From an uncultured Solirubrobacterales bacterium (GTDB taxonomy: Bacteria > Actinomycetota > Thermoleophilia > Solirubrobacterales > Solirubrobacteraceae), in assembly GCA_963772075.1 (NCBI GenBank), contig CAVYWG010000014.1, forward strand, positions 14,950 through 78,949: a DNA stretch of 64,000 bases, in the 5' to 3' direction. A program made the position numbers and the translations under genes. The first letter of the stretch is position 1. Each line of letters opens with the position of its first letter. This document shows, one piece after another, positions 9,727 to 19,951 of this stretch. Under the pieces are notes generated by a model. That model saw only the letters and a list, made by a program, of their open reading frames with translations. It was not told the DNA's origin and made no database searches.

Positions 9727-10130
9727 AGCTCGCACTCGACACGAACGCTTACAAGGCCCTCGGCGAAGGCAACCAGCAACTAGCCGAGGAAGCACGCGCG
9801 GCCGAGTCCGTCGGTCTACCGATGATCGTGCTCGGAGAGCTTTGGTTCGGCTTCATGAACGGGACCAAGCTACGGCAGAACGCCGCCACGCTCGAACGCT
9901 TCCTTACAACACCTCGTGTTCGTGTGCTCGAGCTCGACCGCCTGACAACTCGCGTCTTCGGCGAGATCGCAACCCTCCTCCGGCAAGCAGGCATTGCGAT
10001 ACAGCAAAACGATATCTGGATCGCGGCGCTGTGCAAACAACACGGATTCGCTCTCGCAACCCGAGATCGTGGCTTCCAACATGTCCTCGGGCTCGAGGTG
10101 ATCGAGTTCACGGTGCACGTGCCAGGCTAG
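9723..10130 (+). CDS. vapC: PIN-domain toxin, VapC family
   Basis: LDTNAY, VLGEL, NDIWIAA, LATRDRGF - the conserved acidic PIN residues. Confidence 0.92.
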   Translation: MKLALDTNAYKALGEGNQQLAEEARAAESVGLPMIVLGELWFGFMNGTKLRQNAATLERFLTTPRVRVLELDRLTTRVFGEIATLLRQAGIAIQQNDIWIAALCKQHGFALATRDRGFQHVLGLEVIEFTVHVPG

Positions 10131-10187
10131 ATCGAGATCGAGACCTACATCACCGACCTCTACGGGGCCCGGCGTGAGGCGGGGCGT

Positions 10188-11423
10188 TCACACGGTCCGC
10201 AGCGCTTCGGTGGGCGACAGCCGCGCGGCGCGCAGCGCGGGCACCAGCCCGGCGACGGCGCCGATCAACAGCGCGGCCCCGAACCCGCCGGCCCACGCGA
10301 CGGTGGGGATGACGATCGTCCAGCCCTTGGTAGTGGCGTAGATCGCGGTCGCGAGCGCCCCGGTGGCGATGCCGACGGCCCCGCCGCCGAGCGCGAGCAG
10401 GATCGCCTCGGAAAGGAACTGGGTGCGGATCTGCCCGCGGGTCGCGCCGAGCGCGCGGCGCAGCCCAATCTCCGAGCGGCGTTCGAGCACGGAGATGACC
10501 ATGATGTTCGCCACGCCGACCGCGCCGACCAGCAGCGCCACGGCGCCGAGCCCGAGGAATAGGCCGTTGAAGGCGCCCTCGGCGTCGGCGCGCGCCGTGA
10601 GCGTGGCGGAGGGCTGGCTGACGTTGACTTCGTTGGGGGCTTCCGGATCGGCGGTGGCCGCCAGCACCGACTGGACGGCTGCGACCTGGCTGTCCAGGGC
10701 GCGCACGTAGACGGTGTTGGGGTGTCCGTTGAAGTGCAGGTAGCGTTCGGCGGCCTTGAAGCCGACGAGCACCGCGCTTTCGATTTCGGGCGTGAGCACC
10801 GATTCGCCGAGAATGCCGGCGAGGTAGAACCACTGATTGGCGACCCAGATCCGCTCGCCGGGATAGATGCGATCGATGCCCAGCCGCCCGGCGGCGGCCG
10901 AGCCGAGCACCGCGACCGGCTCCCGGGCGGTGGCGGCATTCAGGTAGCGGCCCTGCGCCACCTGGACGCCCAGGGTGTGCAGCAGGCCGAGGCTCGCCGC
11001 TTGGACGCTAAGCGCGTTGGTTTCGACGGCCGGGATCAGCGGCGTGCGGTACACCTTGCCTTCGACCGCTCCGATCTCCGCGACGTTTTCGACGGGGTAG
11101 ATGCGGGCGATCATCGCAGGGGCCACGAGCGGCAGCTCGGCGGTCTTGCCGGCGAAGCTCTGGCCGTTGGTGACCGTCAGCAGATTCGTCCCGAGTCTGT
11201 CGATCTCTTCGAGCAGCCCCGCCTGACTCGAGGCGGACAGGCCGAGTACCGCCACGATCGCGGCGACCCCGATCGCGATCCCGAGCGCGGAGAGCCCGGC
11301 GCGCAGTCGTCGCGTGCGCAGCCCCACGCTCGCCACGCGCGCGAGGTCGGAGGCCCGCAGCCTCCGCGGGACGAGGGCCGCGGCGCCGGCCTGTTCGCGG
11401 GTTGGGTCGGCGACGGCGCTCAC
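10188..11423 (-). CDS. ABC transporter permease, MacB/FtsX-like
   Basis: RAGLSALGIAIGVAAIVAV, periplasmic MacB core, VGVANIMVISVLERRSEIGLRRALGA, PALRAARLSPTEALR. Confidence 0.93.
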   Translation of the reverse strand: MSAVADPTREQAGAAALVPRRLRASDLARVASVGLRTRRLRAGLSALGIAIGVAAIVAVLGLSASSQAGLLEEIDRLGTNLLTVTNGQSFAGKTAELPLVAPAMIARIYPVENVAEIGAVEGKVYRTPLIPAVETNALSVQAASLGLLHTLGVQVAQGRYLNAATAREPVAVLGSAAAGRLGIDRIYPGERIWVANQWFYLAGILGESVLTPEIESAVLVGFKAAERYLHFNGHPNTVYVRALDSQVAAVQSVLAATADPEAPNEVNVSQPSATLTARADAEGAFNGLFLGLGAVALLVGAVGVANIMVISVLERRSEIGLRRALGATRGQIRTQFLSEAILLALGGGAVGIATGALATAIYATTKGWTIVIPTVAWAGGFGAALLIGAVAGLVPALRAARLSPTEALRTV

Positions 11424-11430
11424 CGCGCCC

Positions 11431-12729
11431 TCACTGCGACTGGCCGGGAGCTTCGTTGACGAGCGCGAACGCAGCCGGTCTGGCCGGCTTGGCGCTGGCC
11501 TTGACGATGTAGCCGCCCGGCTGGTGGCTGGCGGTGAAGGCGGGGGCCACGGCGATCCCGCAAGCGTTGGTCTTGACCTTGACGGTGTGGGGGTGAGAGA
11601 CGCGATGGTGGGGGCCGCGAGCGTGGACCGTAAAGCGTCCGCTCGCGCCGGCGAAGGGGGCGGAGAATGTGACGAGCGCTCCCGGGACGGGGTTTTTCTG
11701 CGCGTTGGTGACGGTGACGGCGAGCCGGATCAGGAACGCGCTACCCGCCGGTGTTGACTGCGTGGAGCCCACGCCGGGGGTGATCTTGGCGGGCTTGCCG
11801 GCGAGGTTTGAGAGCGAGAAGCTGACCGGTGTGACAGTGGGCGCCCCGGCTTTGCCGGCGCTTTCACTCCCGCTACCGCCGCCGCTTGATACGGAGGCGG
11901 TGGCGGTGAACGAACCGGCGGCGGTATTCGCTGTGAACGTCGGGGAGCTTGCCTGGCCGCTCGCGCCGGTGGTGGCGGTGGCCTGGGTGTTGCCGGCCTG
12001 GGCGCCGCCGTCGGCGAAGCTGGCGCTGGCGGCGGCGCTTGTGCCGCAGACGCCCGCTGTGGCGGAGCCCAACGCGAACGTGACGGTGGCGCCGGCGACC
12101 GGATTGCCATCCGCGTCCAGAATCTTGACCCGCAGCGGCTTGGGGTAGCGGCTCATGACGCTCGCCGATCTACTCTTCAGCGGGATCGCGACGATTCTCG
12201 CCGGGATGCCGGCGGCTGTGTTGGTCAAAGAGAACGAGACAGAGCCGTACTGCGAGCTGGCGGTGAGGGTATAGCTGCCGGCGGTGCCGTTGGCGGTCAA
12301 TGTCGGCGCGGCGACGGTGCCGGAGGCGTCGGCACCGACGGTGGCGGCGTTGGAGTTGCTGGTGGAGAAGCGCCCGCCGGCGCCCGTGGCGGGTGCGCTG
12401 AAGGTGACCGGGATGCCAGCGGCGCCGGTGACGGGACAGCCGTCGCTGTTGGTGAGCGCGACCTGTAGTCCGCTCGCAAAGGCGGCGTCGAGCGTGGTGG
12501 TCTGCGGTGTGCCCGCGACGAGCGTGAGCTGGTTGGGAGGGTTGGGCGCGGGGCAGCTAGCCGTCGAGGTGCTTTCGCCGGGCGAGCCGCCGTTCCCGCC
12601 CTTTTCGCCCAAGGCCAGGGCCGAAGCGCCGGTGATCGCGCTTACCCAGGCACCGAGGCCGGCGAAGAGCAGGAGCGCGAGCACCGCGGCGAGGCGCCGG
12701 ATTGATCGGCCGGAACGTCGTGCGCTCAT
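11431..12729 (-). CDS. Secreted protein with about three bacterial Ig-like (invasin/Big_1-type) domains
   Basis: Signal/TM N-terminus; three related segments (LQVALTNSDGCPV..VTFSAP, LRVKILDADGNPVAGATVTF, LAVTVTNAQKNPVPGALVTFSAP); Thr/Ala/Gly-rich. Confidence 0.75.
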   Translation of the reverse strand: MSARRSGRSIRRLAAVLALLLFAGLGAWVSAITGASALALGEKGGNGGSPGESTSTASCPAPNPPNQLTLVAGTPQTTTLDAAFASGLQVALTNSDGCPVTGAAGIPVTFSAPATGAGGRFSTSNSNAATVGADASGTVAAPTLTANGTAGSYTLTASSQYGSVSFSLTNTAAGIPARIVAIPLKSRSASVMSRYPKPLRVKILDADGNPVAGATVTFALGSATAGVCGTSAAASASFADGGAQAGNTQATATTGASGQASSPTFTANTAAGSFTATASVSSGGGSGSESAGKAGAPTVTPVSFSLSNLAGKPAKITPGVGSTQSTPAGSAFLIRLAVTVTNAQKNPVPGALVTFSAPFAGASGRFTVHARGPHHRVSHPHTVKVKTNACGIAVAPAFTASHQPGGYIVKASAKPARPAAFALVNEAPGQSQ

Positions 12730-13466
12730 CGGCTGAGCGCCCCCTGCGTGGCCATGTCGGCGACGATCTGCCCGTCGAGCATGTGCACCTGTCGTGGTAG
12801 GCGGGCGGCGAGGTCGTGGTCGTGGGTGATCACGAGGATCGTGGCGCCATCGTCGTTCAGCTCCTGCAGGAGCGTGAGGATCGCTTCGCCGGATGCGCTG
12901 TCGAGGTTGCCGGTGGGCTCGTCGGCAAGCACGATCGCAGGGCGGCCAACCAGCGCGCGTGCGATCGCGACGCGTTGGCGCTCGCCGCCGGAGAGCTTGC
13001 TCGGACGGAAGTGGGCGCGGTCGGCGAGCCCCACTCGGGCGAGCGTTTGGGCCGCCCGCTCGCGGCGCTCGGCGACGGGGACGCCGGCGTAGAGCAGTCC
13101 TTCGGCGACGTTCTCGATGGCGGTGGAGTGCTCGGCGAGGAAGAACTGCTGAAAGACGAATCCGATGCGCGTGGCGCGCAGCGTGGCGAGCTCACGATCG
13201 GCGAGCCCCGCGGCGTCGAGGCCGGTGATCGACACGACGCCCGAGCTGGGGCGCTCAAGCGTACCCATCACGTGCAGCAGCGTCGTCTTTCCCGAGCCCG
13301 AGGGCCCCACGATCGCCACGAGCTCGCCCTCCGCCACCGCGAAGCTCACTTCCCGCAGCGCGTACACCGGCGGCTCGGCGCCGTAGACCTTGGTGACGGC
13401 TTGGAGTGCGAGCACCGGCTGCCGCTCCTCACCGACCTCGCTGAGGGAGATCTGTGGGTGGGTCAT
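12726..13466 (-). CDS. ABC transporter ATP-binding protein (MacB/LolD-like)
   Basis: GPSGSGKT Walker A, LSGGERQRVAIARAL, ADEPTGNLD, H-loop ITHD. Confidence 0.95.
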   Translation of the reverse strand: MTHPQISLSEVGEERQPVLALQAVTKVYGAEPPVYALREVSFAVAEGELVAIVGPSGSGKTTLLHVMGTLERPSSGVVSITGLDAAGLADRELATLRATRIGFVFQQFFLAEHSTAIENVAEGLLYAGVPVAERRERAAQTLARVGLADRAHFRPSKLSGGERQRVAIARALVGRPAIVLADEPTGNLDSASGEAILTLLQELNDDGATILVITHDHDLAARLPRQVHMLDGQIVADMATQGALSR

Positions 13467-13563
13467 TGGAGATCGTCCGCGTGAGTCGGTGCAGTCGGCC
13501 GCGCGTTGTGGGGGCGGGGCCTCTGTGCCCCGCCACGGCGCAGGCCGCGTGATTGGGAGGCGC

Positions 13564-15063
13564 TCATGTCGCCGGCACCACCACGCGCTGGCCGGCGGAC
13601 AGCCCCTGGCCGCTCACCTGCACGACGCCTTCGGCGTCGTCGAACAGGCCGACGGTGACGGCCGCGAGACGGTGCACGTGGCCTTCGGCGACCTCCACCG
13701 CGTAGCCGCCGCCCGCGAGCGCGAGCAGCGCGGCGACGGGCACCGCCAGCACGTTTTCGACGCGTTCGGTGGTGATCTCGACGTTCACGGGTGCCTGGTC
13801 GAGGTGGCCCGTCGCCGCGGGGTTGGTGGGGGTGGCGTCGACTTCGACCGTGGGGGCGCTTTCTTCTTCACCGGCATGGCCTCCCGAGGACGGCGAGGTG
13901 GCGACGCTGGAGACGTAGGTGATCCGGCCCGGCGTGGTCTGGTTGTCCGGGAGTGTGATCGTGACCGCGTCGCCGACCTTGACACTGGCCTGCTCGGCCG
14001 CGTCGAGCGCGAGCTTGACCTGCCGGGCGGTCGAGGTGATGGCGAGCACTGGCCCGGGCATGACCGTCGCGCCGACCGTCGGTGTGACGCTCGTGACGCG
14101 CACTGGCCCGGGGTAGAACACGACCGACCCCAGCAACTGTTCGCCGGTGACCGACGCGCCGTGCGCGGACTGCAGCGCGCGGATGGCGGCGGCGGTCGCG
14201 GCGGTGAATTCGTCACCGGCGAGCCCCTGCCCGTAGCCGAGCGCGTCGAGGTTGGCGTTCAGCTCGGCCACGTCCGACCCCGGTGACATCCCCGTGAGGA
14301 ACGCCCGCGTCGGCGCCACCGAGCCGTACAGCAGCAGCACTGGCTGGCCGTTGATTTCATACAGGCTCTGCCCGCGCGTGACGATCTGTCCGACCGACGG
14401 CAGCGCCGTGAACGTCGAGCTCTGACCGTAGAGCGCGGCCGAGGAGCGAGCGGTGGACAGGTTGGCCTGCGCGCTCGCGAGCTGTTTTTCAGCCGAGGAG
14501 ACCTGGGAGCGGTCGGCGGTGAGCTTCATCGCGGCAGCCGTGGAGCTTTGCTCGGCGCTCGAGACCGCCTGCACGTCACTCGAACACGAGCTCCCGCCAG
14601 CACTCGGCGAGTCGGCTTCGCCTCCGGGCGAGGAGCCCGCGGAGCTCGCTTCCGCCGCGCCCTCGCCCGCGCAGTCGACCTGCTCCTTGGCGCGGGCCGC
14701 CGCCAGCGTCGCCTGGTGGCCAGCGAGCGCCTGCGCGTCCGTCGCCAGCGTCGCGTTGGCGCTCGCCAGCATCGTTTCGGCGCTCGTGACCTGCTGGTCG
14801 GCCTGCTGGACAGCGGACGGCGAGGTCCCAGACGGCACGCGGATGCTCGAGGAGCCCGCGTACCCGAGCGTGCCGCTCACCTGCGTCTGCTGCGAGAGCG
14901 ACTGCCGTTTCACACTCGCCAGCGAGATCGCGCTGGCGTTATCGGCGGCACCCGCGGTGGATTGCACCGGGCCAGCGAAAGGGTCCGTGGCGATCACCAC
15001 CACCACGGCCACCACCAGCGCCAGCCCGACGATCGCGGGCGTCCTGCGACGGGCGTCACTCAT
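13564..15063 (-). CDS. Membrane-fusion (MacA-like) adaptor with peptidoglycan-binding domain
   Basis: N-terminal TM, coiled-coil, GQSLYEING.P..LLYG, GSDVAELNANL.ALGY...TAAAIRALQ (PG-binding 1), VLAVPVAALLA..GGGYAV, V.VGLF...VQVSG. Confidence 0.88.
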   Translation of the reverse strand: MSDARRRTPAIVGLALVVAVVVVIATDPFAGPVQSTAGAADNASAISLASVKRQSLSQQTQVSGTLGYAGSSSIRVPSGTSPSAVQQADQQVTSAETMLASANATLATDAQALAGHQATLAAARAKEQVDCAGEGAAEASSAGSSPGGEADSPSAGGSSCSSDVQAVSSAEQSSTAAAMKLTADRSQVSSAEKQLASAQANLSTARSSAALYGQSSTFTALPSVGQIVTRGQSLYEINGQPVLLLYGSVAPTRAFLTGMSPGSDVAELNANLDALGYGQGLAGDEFTAATAAAIRALQSAHGASVTGEQLLGSVVFYPGPVRVTSVTPTVGATVMPGPVLAITSTARQVKLALDAAEQASVKVGDAVTITLPDNQTTPGRITYVSSVATSPSSGGHAGEEESAPTVEVDATPTNPAATGHLDQAPVNVEITTERVENVLAVPVAALLALAGGGYAVEVAEGHVHRLAAVTVGLFDDAEGVVQVSGQGLSAGQRVVVPAT

Positions 15064-15087
15064 CGATGACGCTTATACGACACCGAT

Positions 15088-15105
15088 GGTTTCGTGAAGG
15101 TTTCG
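15088..15105 (-). promoter_or_regulatory. OmpR-type tandem box CGAAACC-N4-CGAAACC upstream of export operon
   Basis: GGTTTCG at 15088 and 15099 (11-bp period). TATAAG -10-like hexamer downstream on the minus strand, before ATG 15063. Confidence 0.6.
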
Positions 15106-15129
15106 CCGACCTCACGAACGCCCTGCCGC

Positions 15130-15801
15130 TCACGGGACCGCAACCACGTTACCCCCGGATTCGCCGCCGGAGCCGCTAGGACCGCCCTTGGGTCCCGGCC
15201 CGGGCGGGCCCGGACCGCCCTTGCCGCCGGGCGCGATCGACTGGCAGGCCTTCTGTGCGGCCCTGAACCGCGGCGATTCCGGGTCGATCCCAGTCGCGCC
15301 GCCTGCCTTCAGCTTCATTCTGATGGCCCCGTGTGAGAAGGTTGGATCGGGGAAGTTGGGGACTCCGTGGGTGCGCATACACTGAGAGAACTTCAGGGCG
15401 CTTTCCTGCGCCTTGGCTTGTTGCGCCGGGCTGGGAGTACCTCCTTCGGGCAAAAGCTTTCCGCAGACCTTCTGCGCCGCCTGGAACTGCGCCGAGCCCG
15501 GGTTGATCCCGGTCGCGTGCCCATTGTGGTTGCTGCTGTGGATGAGCAGGTGGCCTTCGGTTGGTTCGGGGAATTCAGGCACTCCGTGGGTGCGCATGCA
15601 CTGTGAGTAGGCGACCATCTTCCGCTGGATGCTCGCGCCGCTTTCCCGAGAGGATGAGCCACCGCTGGTCGTGGCCGCGTCGCTGGGCGTGCCGGCGAGG
15701 TGCGCCACACCCGGGCTCGGGGAAGAGCCACCGCAGCCGGCGAGCGCCAGCGCCACGCTCGCGAGCACGACGACGCCGAGGCTGAGGTTGGTTCTTGTCA
15801 T
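15130..15801 (-). CDS. Lipoprotein with duplicated C-M-R-x-HGV-P-x-FP(D/E)P repeat
   Basis: Lipobox LALAGC; two repeats (YSQCMRTHGVPEFPEP..AAQKVC / FSQCMRTHGVPNFPDP..AAQKAC); Gly/Pro tail. Confidence 0.85.
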   Translation of the reverse strand: MTRTNLSLGVVVLASVALALAGCGGSSPSPGVAHLAGTPSDAATTSGGSSSRESGASIQRKMVAYSQCMRTHGVPEFPEPTEGHLLIHSSNHNGHATGINPGSAQFQAAQKVCGKLLPEGGTPSPAQQAKAQESALKFSQCMRTHGVPNFPDPTFSHGAIRMKLKAGGATGIDPESPRFRAAQKACQSIAPGGKGGPGPPGPGPKGGPSGSGGESGGNVVAVP

Positions 15802-15823
15802 GCCGCCATCATGTGGGACGCAC

Positions 15824-15862
15824 CTGAGAATTGGCTGAGAGCAAACGAGGAACTTCCTGAGA
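15824..15862 (-). promoter_or_regulatory. MprA-box-like TCTCAG-N5-TCTCAG repeats
   Basis: CTGAGA at 15824, 15835 and 15857 (11 and 22 bp apart), inside a 22-bp tandem repeat immediately upstream of the lipoprotein start. Confidence 0.6.
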
Positions 15863-15878
15863 GCAAAGGAGGAATTTC

Positions 15879-17567
15879 CTAAACAGGGCTGGAAGCGGCG
15901 GCGGGAGCACGTCGCCCGGAGGCGGCGAGCTCGGCGGCGGTCATCTGCAGCGGGGGTAGCTCGAGCGTCAACTTCGCGCCGCCACTGGGATCGTTGGCCG
16001 CATGCACCGCTCCACCGTGAGCCTCGGCCGTCTGCCTGACGATCGCCAGCCCGAGCCCCGACCCGGGTCGAGCCCGGGCGCCGGGCGCGCGGTAGAAGCG
16101 GTCGAACACCCGGGGCAGGTCCTCCGCGGCGATCCCCGGGCCGTGGTCGCGGACCTCCAGGACACCGCCGTGGACACGCACCTCGATTGAATCGCCCGCC
16201 CGCCCGTTGGGGATGTTCCATTCACACGCGTTGTCGAGCAGATTGGCGATTGCGCGATCCAGGCGTGCGGGGGCGGCGCGCACCAGACACGGCTCGGCGT
16301 CGAGCAAGAAGCGGCATCCCGGCGCGTGCAGGCGGGCGCGCTCGATCGCCCCGGCGGCGGCCAGATCGAGGCGCACGTCCTCCACCTCGAGCTCCTCGAC
16401 ATCGGTCTTGGACAGATCGACCAGATCGCCCACCAGCACCGTCAGCTCCCGCAGCTGCGCCTGCGCGGCGGCCAGAATGCGAGCGCGTTCGTGGGCGGAG
16501 AGTTCACCGCCCATCGCCAGCGCGTCGAGGTTGGCCTGCACGCTCGTCAACGGCGTGCGCAGCTCATGCGAGGCGTCGGAGACGAGCTGGCGCTGCGCGA
16601 GGCGAGAGCGCTCGAGCGCGGCCAACATCGTATTGAAGCTCCCAGCCAGCCGCCCGAGCTCGTCCTCTTCGCCGGCCGGGATGCGGTGGCCGAGATCCTG
16701 GGTGCGCGCCACGCGCTCGGCGGCGCCCGTCAAGCGCCGTACGGGCACCAGCGCCGCCCGCGAGACGAGCAGTCCGAGCGCGGCCGCAAGCGCGATCCCG
16801 CCCAAGCACACGAGCGCCAGCACCAGCTTCAGGTGCATGAGCGTGTTGTCCACGTCGGTCAGTGGCAGCGCCACTTGCCACACCCCTCCTTCGGGCGCAC
16901 GCTCGGTGAGGATCCGCACACGCGTGCCGCCGACGGTCGCGTCGCTGAAGAAAGCGCTGCGTCGGCCTGCGGCCACTGCGTGGGTGGCGGCGGTGACCGG
17001 AAGCGGGGATCCCGTGCCTTCGGAGCGCAGAACCTGCCCGTTGGACTGGAACAGCTGGACGACCCCCGTGGCGCTGCCGAGCCTTGGGGCGGGCAACACG
17101 AGCTTGACGAGCTTGTTGAAATAACTCGCCCGCATGTGCACGCCCAGCGATAGCGCCTTCGCGGCAGCGCCGCTCGGCGCGAACGCGGCATTGTCTTCGA
17201 TCGAGACCGTTTCCCCATGGAGACTCCCACCACCGCTTTTTTGGCCGAGACCTTCCCCGCCGCCGCGCGCCGATCCCCGCCCGCCGGAGTGGGTCGTTCC
17301 CGCCGCTTGCCCGCCGAGGGCGATTCTCGGCAATCCCGCCGGTGGCCACTTGCGTTCCTTCTTCAACCTGGCAACGGCGGCGGGGGAGATGGTGGCGGAG
17401 CGGATCTGAACGGCTTGCGGCCCGGGAGTGAGCTTCTGGCGCAGGCTCGCATCGATCTGACCGCGCAGCTCGTTGCCGGTCACGACGTACACCACGACCG
17501 ACGCGATCACGATCGCCGCGGCCACCGCGCCCGCGGCCAGCAGCACCATGCGCCGACGGAAGCTCAT
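15879..17567 (-). CDS. HAMP-domain sensor histidine kinase (MprB-like)
   Basis: Two TMs, HAMP, H-box [11 protein letters not shown]-box [24 protein letters not shown]. Confidence 0.93.
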   Translation of the reverse strand: MSFRRRMVLLAAGAVAAAIVIASVVVYVVTGNELRGQIDASLRQKLTPGPQAVQIRSATISPAAVARLKKERKWPPAGLPRIALGGQAAGTTHSGGRGSARGGGEGLGQKSGGGSLHGETVSIEDNAAFAPSGAAAKALSLGVHMRASYFNKLVKLVLPAPRLGSATGVVQLFQSNGQVLRSEGTGSPLPVTAATHAVAAGRRSAFFSDATVGGTRVRILTERAPEGGVWQVALPLTDVDNTLMHLKLVLALVCLGGIALAAALGLLVSRAALVPVRRLTGAAERVARTQDLGHRIPAGEEDELGRLAGSFNTMLAALERSRLAQRQLVSDASHELRTPLTSVQANLDALAMGGELSAHERARILAAAQAQLRELTVLVGDLVDLSKTDVEELEVEDVRLDLAAAGAIERARLHAPGCRFLLDAEPCLVRAAPARLDRAIANLLDNACEWNIPNGRAGDSIEVRVHGGVLEVRDHGPGIAAEDLPRVFDRFYRAPGARARPGSGLGLAIVRQTAEAHGGAVHAANDPSGGAKLTLELPPLQMTAAELAASGRRAPAAASSPV

Positions 17568-18244
17568 CGCGGCGAGGACCTCAACGAGTATCCGACTCCG
17601 CGGACGGTGTGCACCAGGCGCGGCTCTCCGCCCGCCTCGGTCTTGCGGCGCAGATAGCCGACATAGACCTCGAGCGAGTTCGAGGCCGGGCCGAAGTCAT
17701 AGCCCCACACGCACTCGAAGATCCTTGTCCGTGGGAGTACCTGGCGAGGGTGGCGCATGAGTAGTTCCAATAGCAAGAACTCGGTGCGAGTCAGCGCGAG
17801 CGGGCGCCCTGCCCGGTGCGCTTCGTGCGCGAGCGGATCGAGCTCCAGGTCCTCGAAGCGCAGGGTCTCCTCGTTGCCCTCCCACCCCGTGCGTCGCAGC
17901 AGTGCCCGCAGTCTGGCCACCAACTCCTCGCTCGCGAACGGCTTGACCAGGTAGTCGTCGGCGCCGGCCTCCAGGCCGGCCACCCGCTCTGAGACCTCGG
18001 CCCGCGCGGTCAACATCAGCACGGGCGTGCGATCGCCGCTCGCGCGCATCCGCCGGCAGACCTCCAGGCCATCGATCCCCGGCATCAGCACGTCGAGGAT
18101 CACCGCATCGGGCCGGTCCAGCGTCAGCGTGCGAATCGCCTCGCTGCCGTCGGCCGCCGTCGCCACCCCAAATCCGTTGAGATCCAGCACGAGCTCCAGC
18201 GCCTCGCGAACGGAGGGATCGTCATCAACGACCAGCAGACGCAC
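17564..18244 (-). CDS. OmpR-family response regulator (MprA-like)
   Basis: [51 protein letters not shown]. Confidence 0.95.
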   Translation of the reverse strand: MRLLVVDDDPSVREALELVLDLNGFGVATAADGSEAIRTLTLDRPDAVILDVLMPGIDGLEVCRRMRASGDRTPVLMLTARAEVSERVAGLEAGADDYLVKPFASEELVARLRALLRRTGWEGNEETLRFEDLELDPLAHEAHRAGRPLALTRTEFLLLELLMRHPRQVLPRTRIFECVWGYDFGPASNSLEVYVGYLRRKTEAGGEPRLVHTVRGVGYSLRSSPR

Positions 18245-18349
18245 GAGCCGATGCTGACAGGCGAACCTGAAAGCAAGCTGAGGAGCGCCACCTCCCCGAT
18301 CCCGGGTGGAGCAAAAACTGAGTGGGAGGAGAGATCCGCGGACCCGGGG

Positions 18350-19026
18350 TCACGGTGCTGCTTCGCGCGAGGAGCCGGAGCCGCCGTGCACGCCGCCGGG
18401 GATCAGCGATTCGCAGGCATGCACCGCCGCCTTGAACGCTGGGGAGCTCTCGTTCAGGTCCTGGTGGTCTATGTGTACGCCGCCGCCCGAGAACGTCGGG
18501 TCGGGGAAGCTCGGCACGCCATGGGAGCGTATGCACGCCGCCGCCTTCAGGTACTGCGCCTGTTCCCGCGGGCTGATCTGGTGGTTGGGGCCCGAGCCCG
18601 GACCACCGCCCGGCAGCAGCTTGCCGCAGGCTTGCTGAGCCGACTTGAAATGAGGATTGCTCGAGATCGACGGATTGATCCCAATCGCCACCTTCACTTC
18701 GTTGCCGTTGGTCGAGACTTTTGGGTCGGGGAAGTTGGGAACCCCGTGTGCGCGCACACACGCCGAGTACGCCACCGCCTGGCTCCCGGGCGATGCTGAC
18801 TCACCCGACCCGCCGCCCGACCCGGCTGCCGTCGAGCTGGTCGCTGATGTCTTGGACGCGTGCGACCCTAGGCTCGCCACGCCCCGGCCGGAGAGTTGCC
18901 CCCGCAGCCCGCCACGAGCACGCCGAGGGCGGTGAGCGCGATGAGGGCCGCGATCAGAGGAGCCGCTCCCAATCCTTGGACGGTCGCCATGCTCCGGTTA
19001 CCGCGGTGTCGGGTGTGGCCTTGCAT
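18350..19026 (-). pseudogene. Second Cys-repeat lipoprotein, frameshifted just after the lipobox
   Basis: AAAGGAG RBS + ATG 19026, lipobox LVAGC, then a frame change at ~18885 into VASLG...YSACVRAHGVPNFPDP...AAACIRSHGVPSFPDP...HAC. Could be a sequencing indel. Confidence 0.75.
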
Positions 19027-19214
19027 GTTGTCTCCTTTGCAGCTCGGGAAGGTCGTGCTTCGGACTGCTTCTAGGAGATCGCCGGTTTCGGGAACGTATC
19101 GCCACTCGGGCCGTCGGCGCTCGCGAGGGGCCGCCTGCGCTCGCGAGGGGCCGCCTGCTCGCGTGGAGCCGCCGGCGATCGCCCGGTCGCCGGCGCTCAC
19201 TCCAGGCCGCCGGC

Positions 19215-19231
19215 GAAACCGTGCTGAAACC
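19215..19231 (+). promoter_or_regulatory. GAAACC-N5-GAAACC tandem box upstream of response regulator
   Basis: GAAACC at 19215 and 19226. Confidence 0.5.
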
Positions 19232-19297
19232 GCAGGGAAGTAGCCTGGGGCGCACGCCGGATCCGCAACGAAGCCCGGCCGTGGAAGAGGAGTGACC

Positions 19298-19951
19298 ATG
19301 CGGGTGCTCGTGATCGAGGACGATGGGGAGATGGCGGAGGCGATCGCGTTCGGTTTGCGCCAGACGGGCATGGCCGTCGATATCGCGCTCGACGGCCCGG
19401 CCGGCTTCGCGCGCGCCATGGTCAACGACTACGACGTGATCGTGCTCGACCGCGATCTGCCGGGCATGCACGGCGATCAGCTGTGCGCAAAGCTCGTGGA
19501 CAGCGAATGTCGCAGTCGGGTGTTGATGCTGACCGCGGCGGCGAGCATCGAGGATCTGGTGGGTGGGCTGGGACTAGGCGCCGACGACTACCTGCCCAAG
19601 CCGTTTGACTTCCCTGTGCTGGTTGCACGGATCGGCGCGTTGACGCGCCGTGCTCAGCCCGCGATCCCGCCGATGCTGCGCCACGCGGACCTGGTGCTGG
19701 ACTCCTCGCAGCACCGCGTCTTTCGAGCCGGCCGGCAGCTGGAGCTCGCACCGAAGGAGTTCGGCGTGCTGGAGCTGCTGCTCGCCTCGCGGGGGCGCAG
19801 CGTCTCGGCTGAGGAGCTGCTGGCGCGGGTGTGGGATGAGGCCGCCGACCCGTTCACCAACGCGGTGAAGATCACCGTCAGCCGCCTGCGTGCGAAGCTC
19901 GGTGACCCCCCGATCATCGAGACGGTCGCCAAGTCCGGCTACCGGATCTGA
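19298..19951 (+). CDS. OmpR-family response regulator (CutR-like)
   Basis: VLVIEDD, VLDRDLPG, GADDYLPKPF, FTNAVKITVSRLRAKLG, ETVAKSGY. Confidence 0.95.
   Translation: MRVLVIEDDGEMAEAIAFGLRQTGMAVDIALDGPAGFARAMVNDYDVIVLDRDLPGMHGDQLCAKLVDSECRSRVLMLTAAASIEDLVGGLGLGADDYLPKPFDFPVLVARIGALTRRAQPAIPPMLRHADLVLDSSQHRVFRAGRQLELAPKEFGVLELLLASRGRSVSAEELLARVWDEAADPFTNAVKITVSRLRAKLGDPPIIETVAKSGYRI

Noticed and set aside
19118-19165. Short GC-rich direct repeat (GCTCGCGAGGGG(G)CCGCCTGC x2)
   Set aside because: Two copies in GC-rich intergenic DNA; most simply a slippage duplication.
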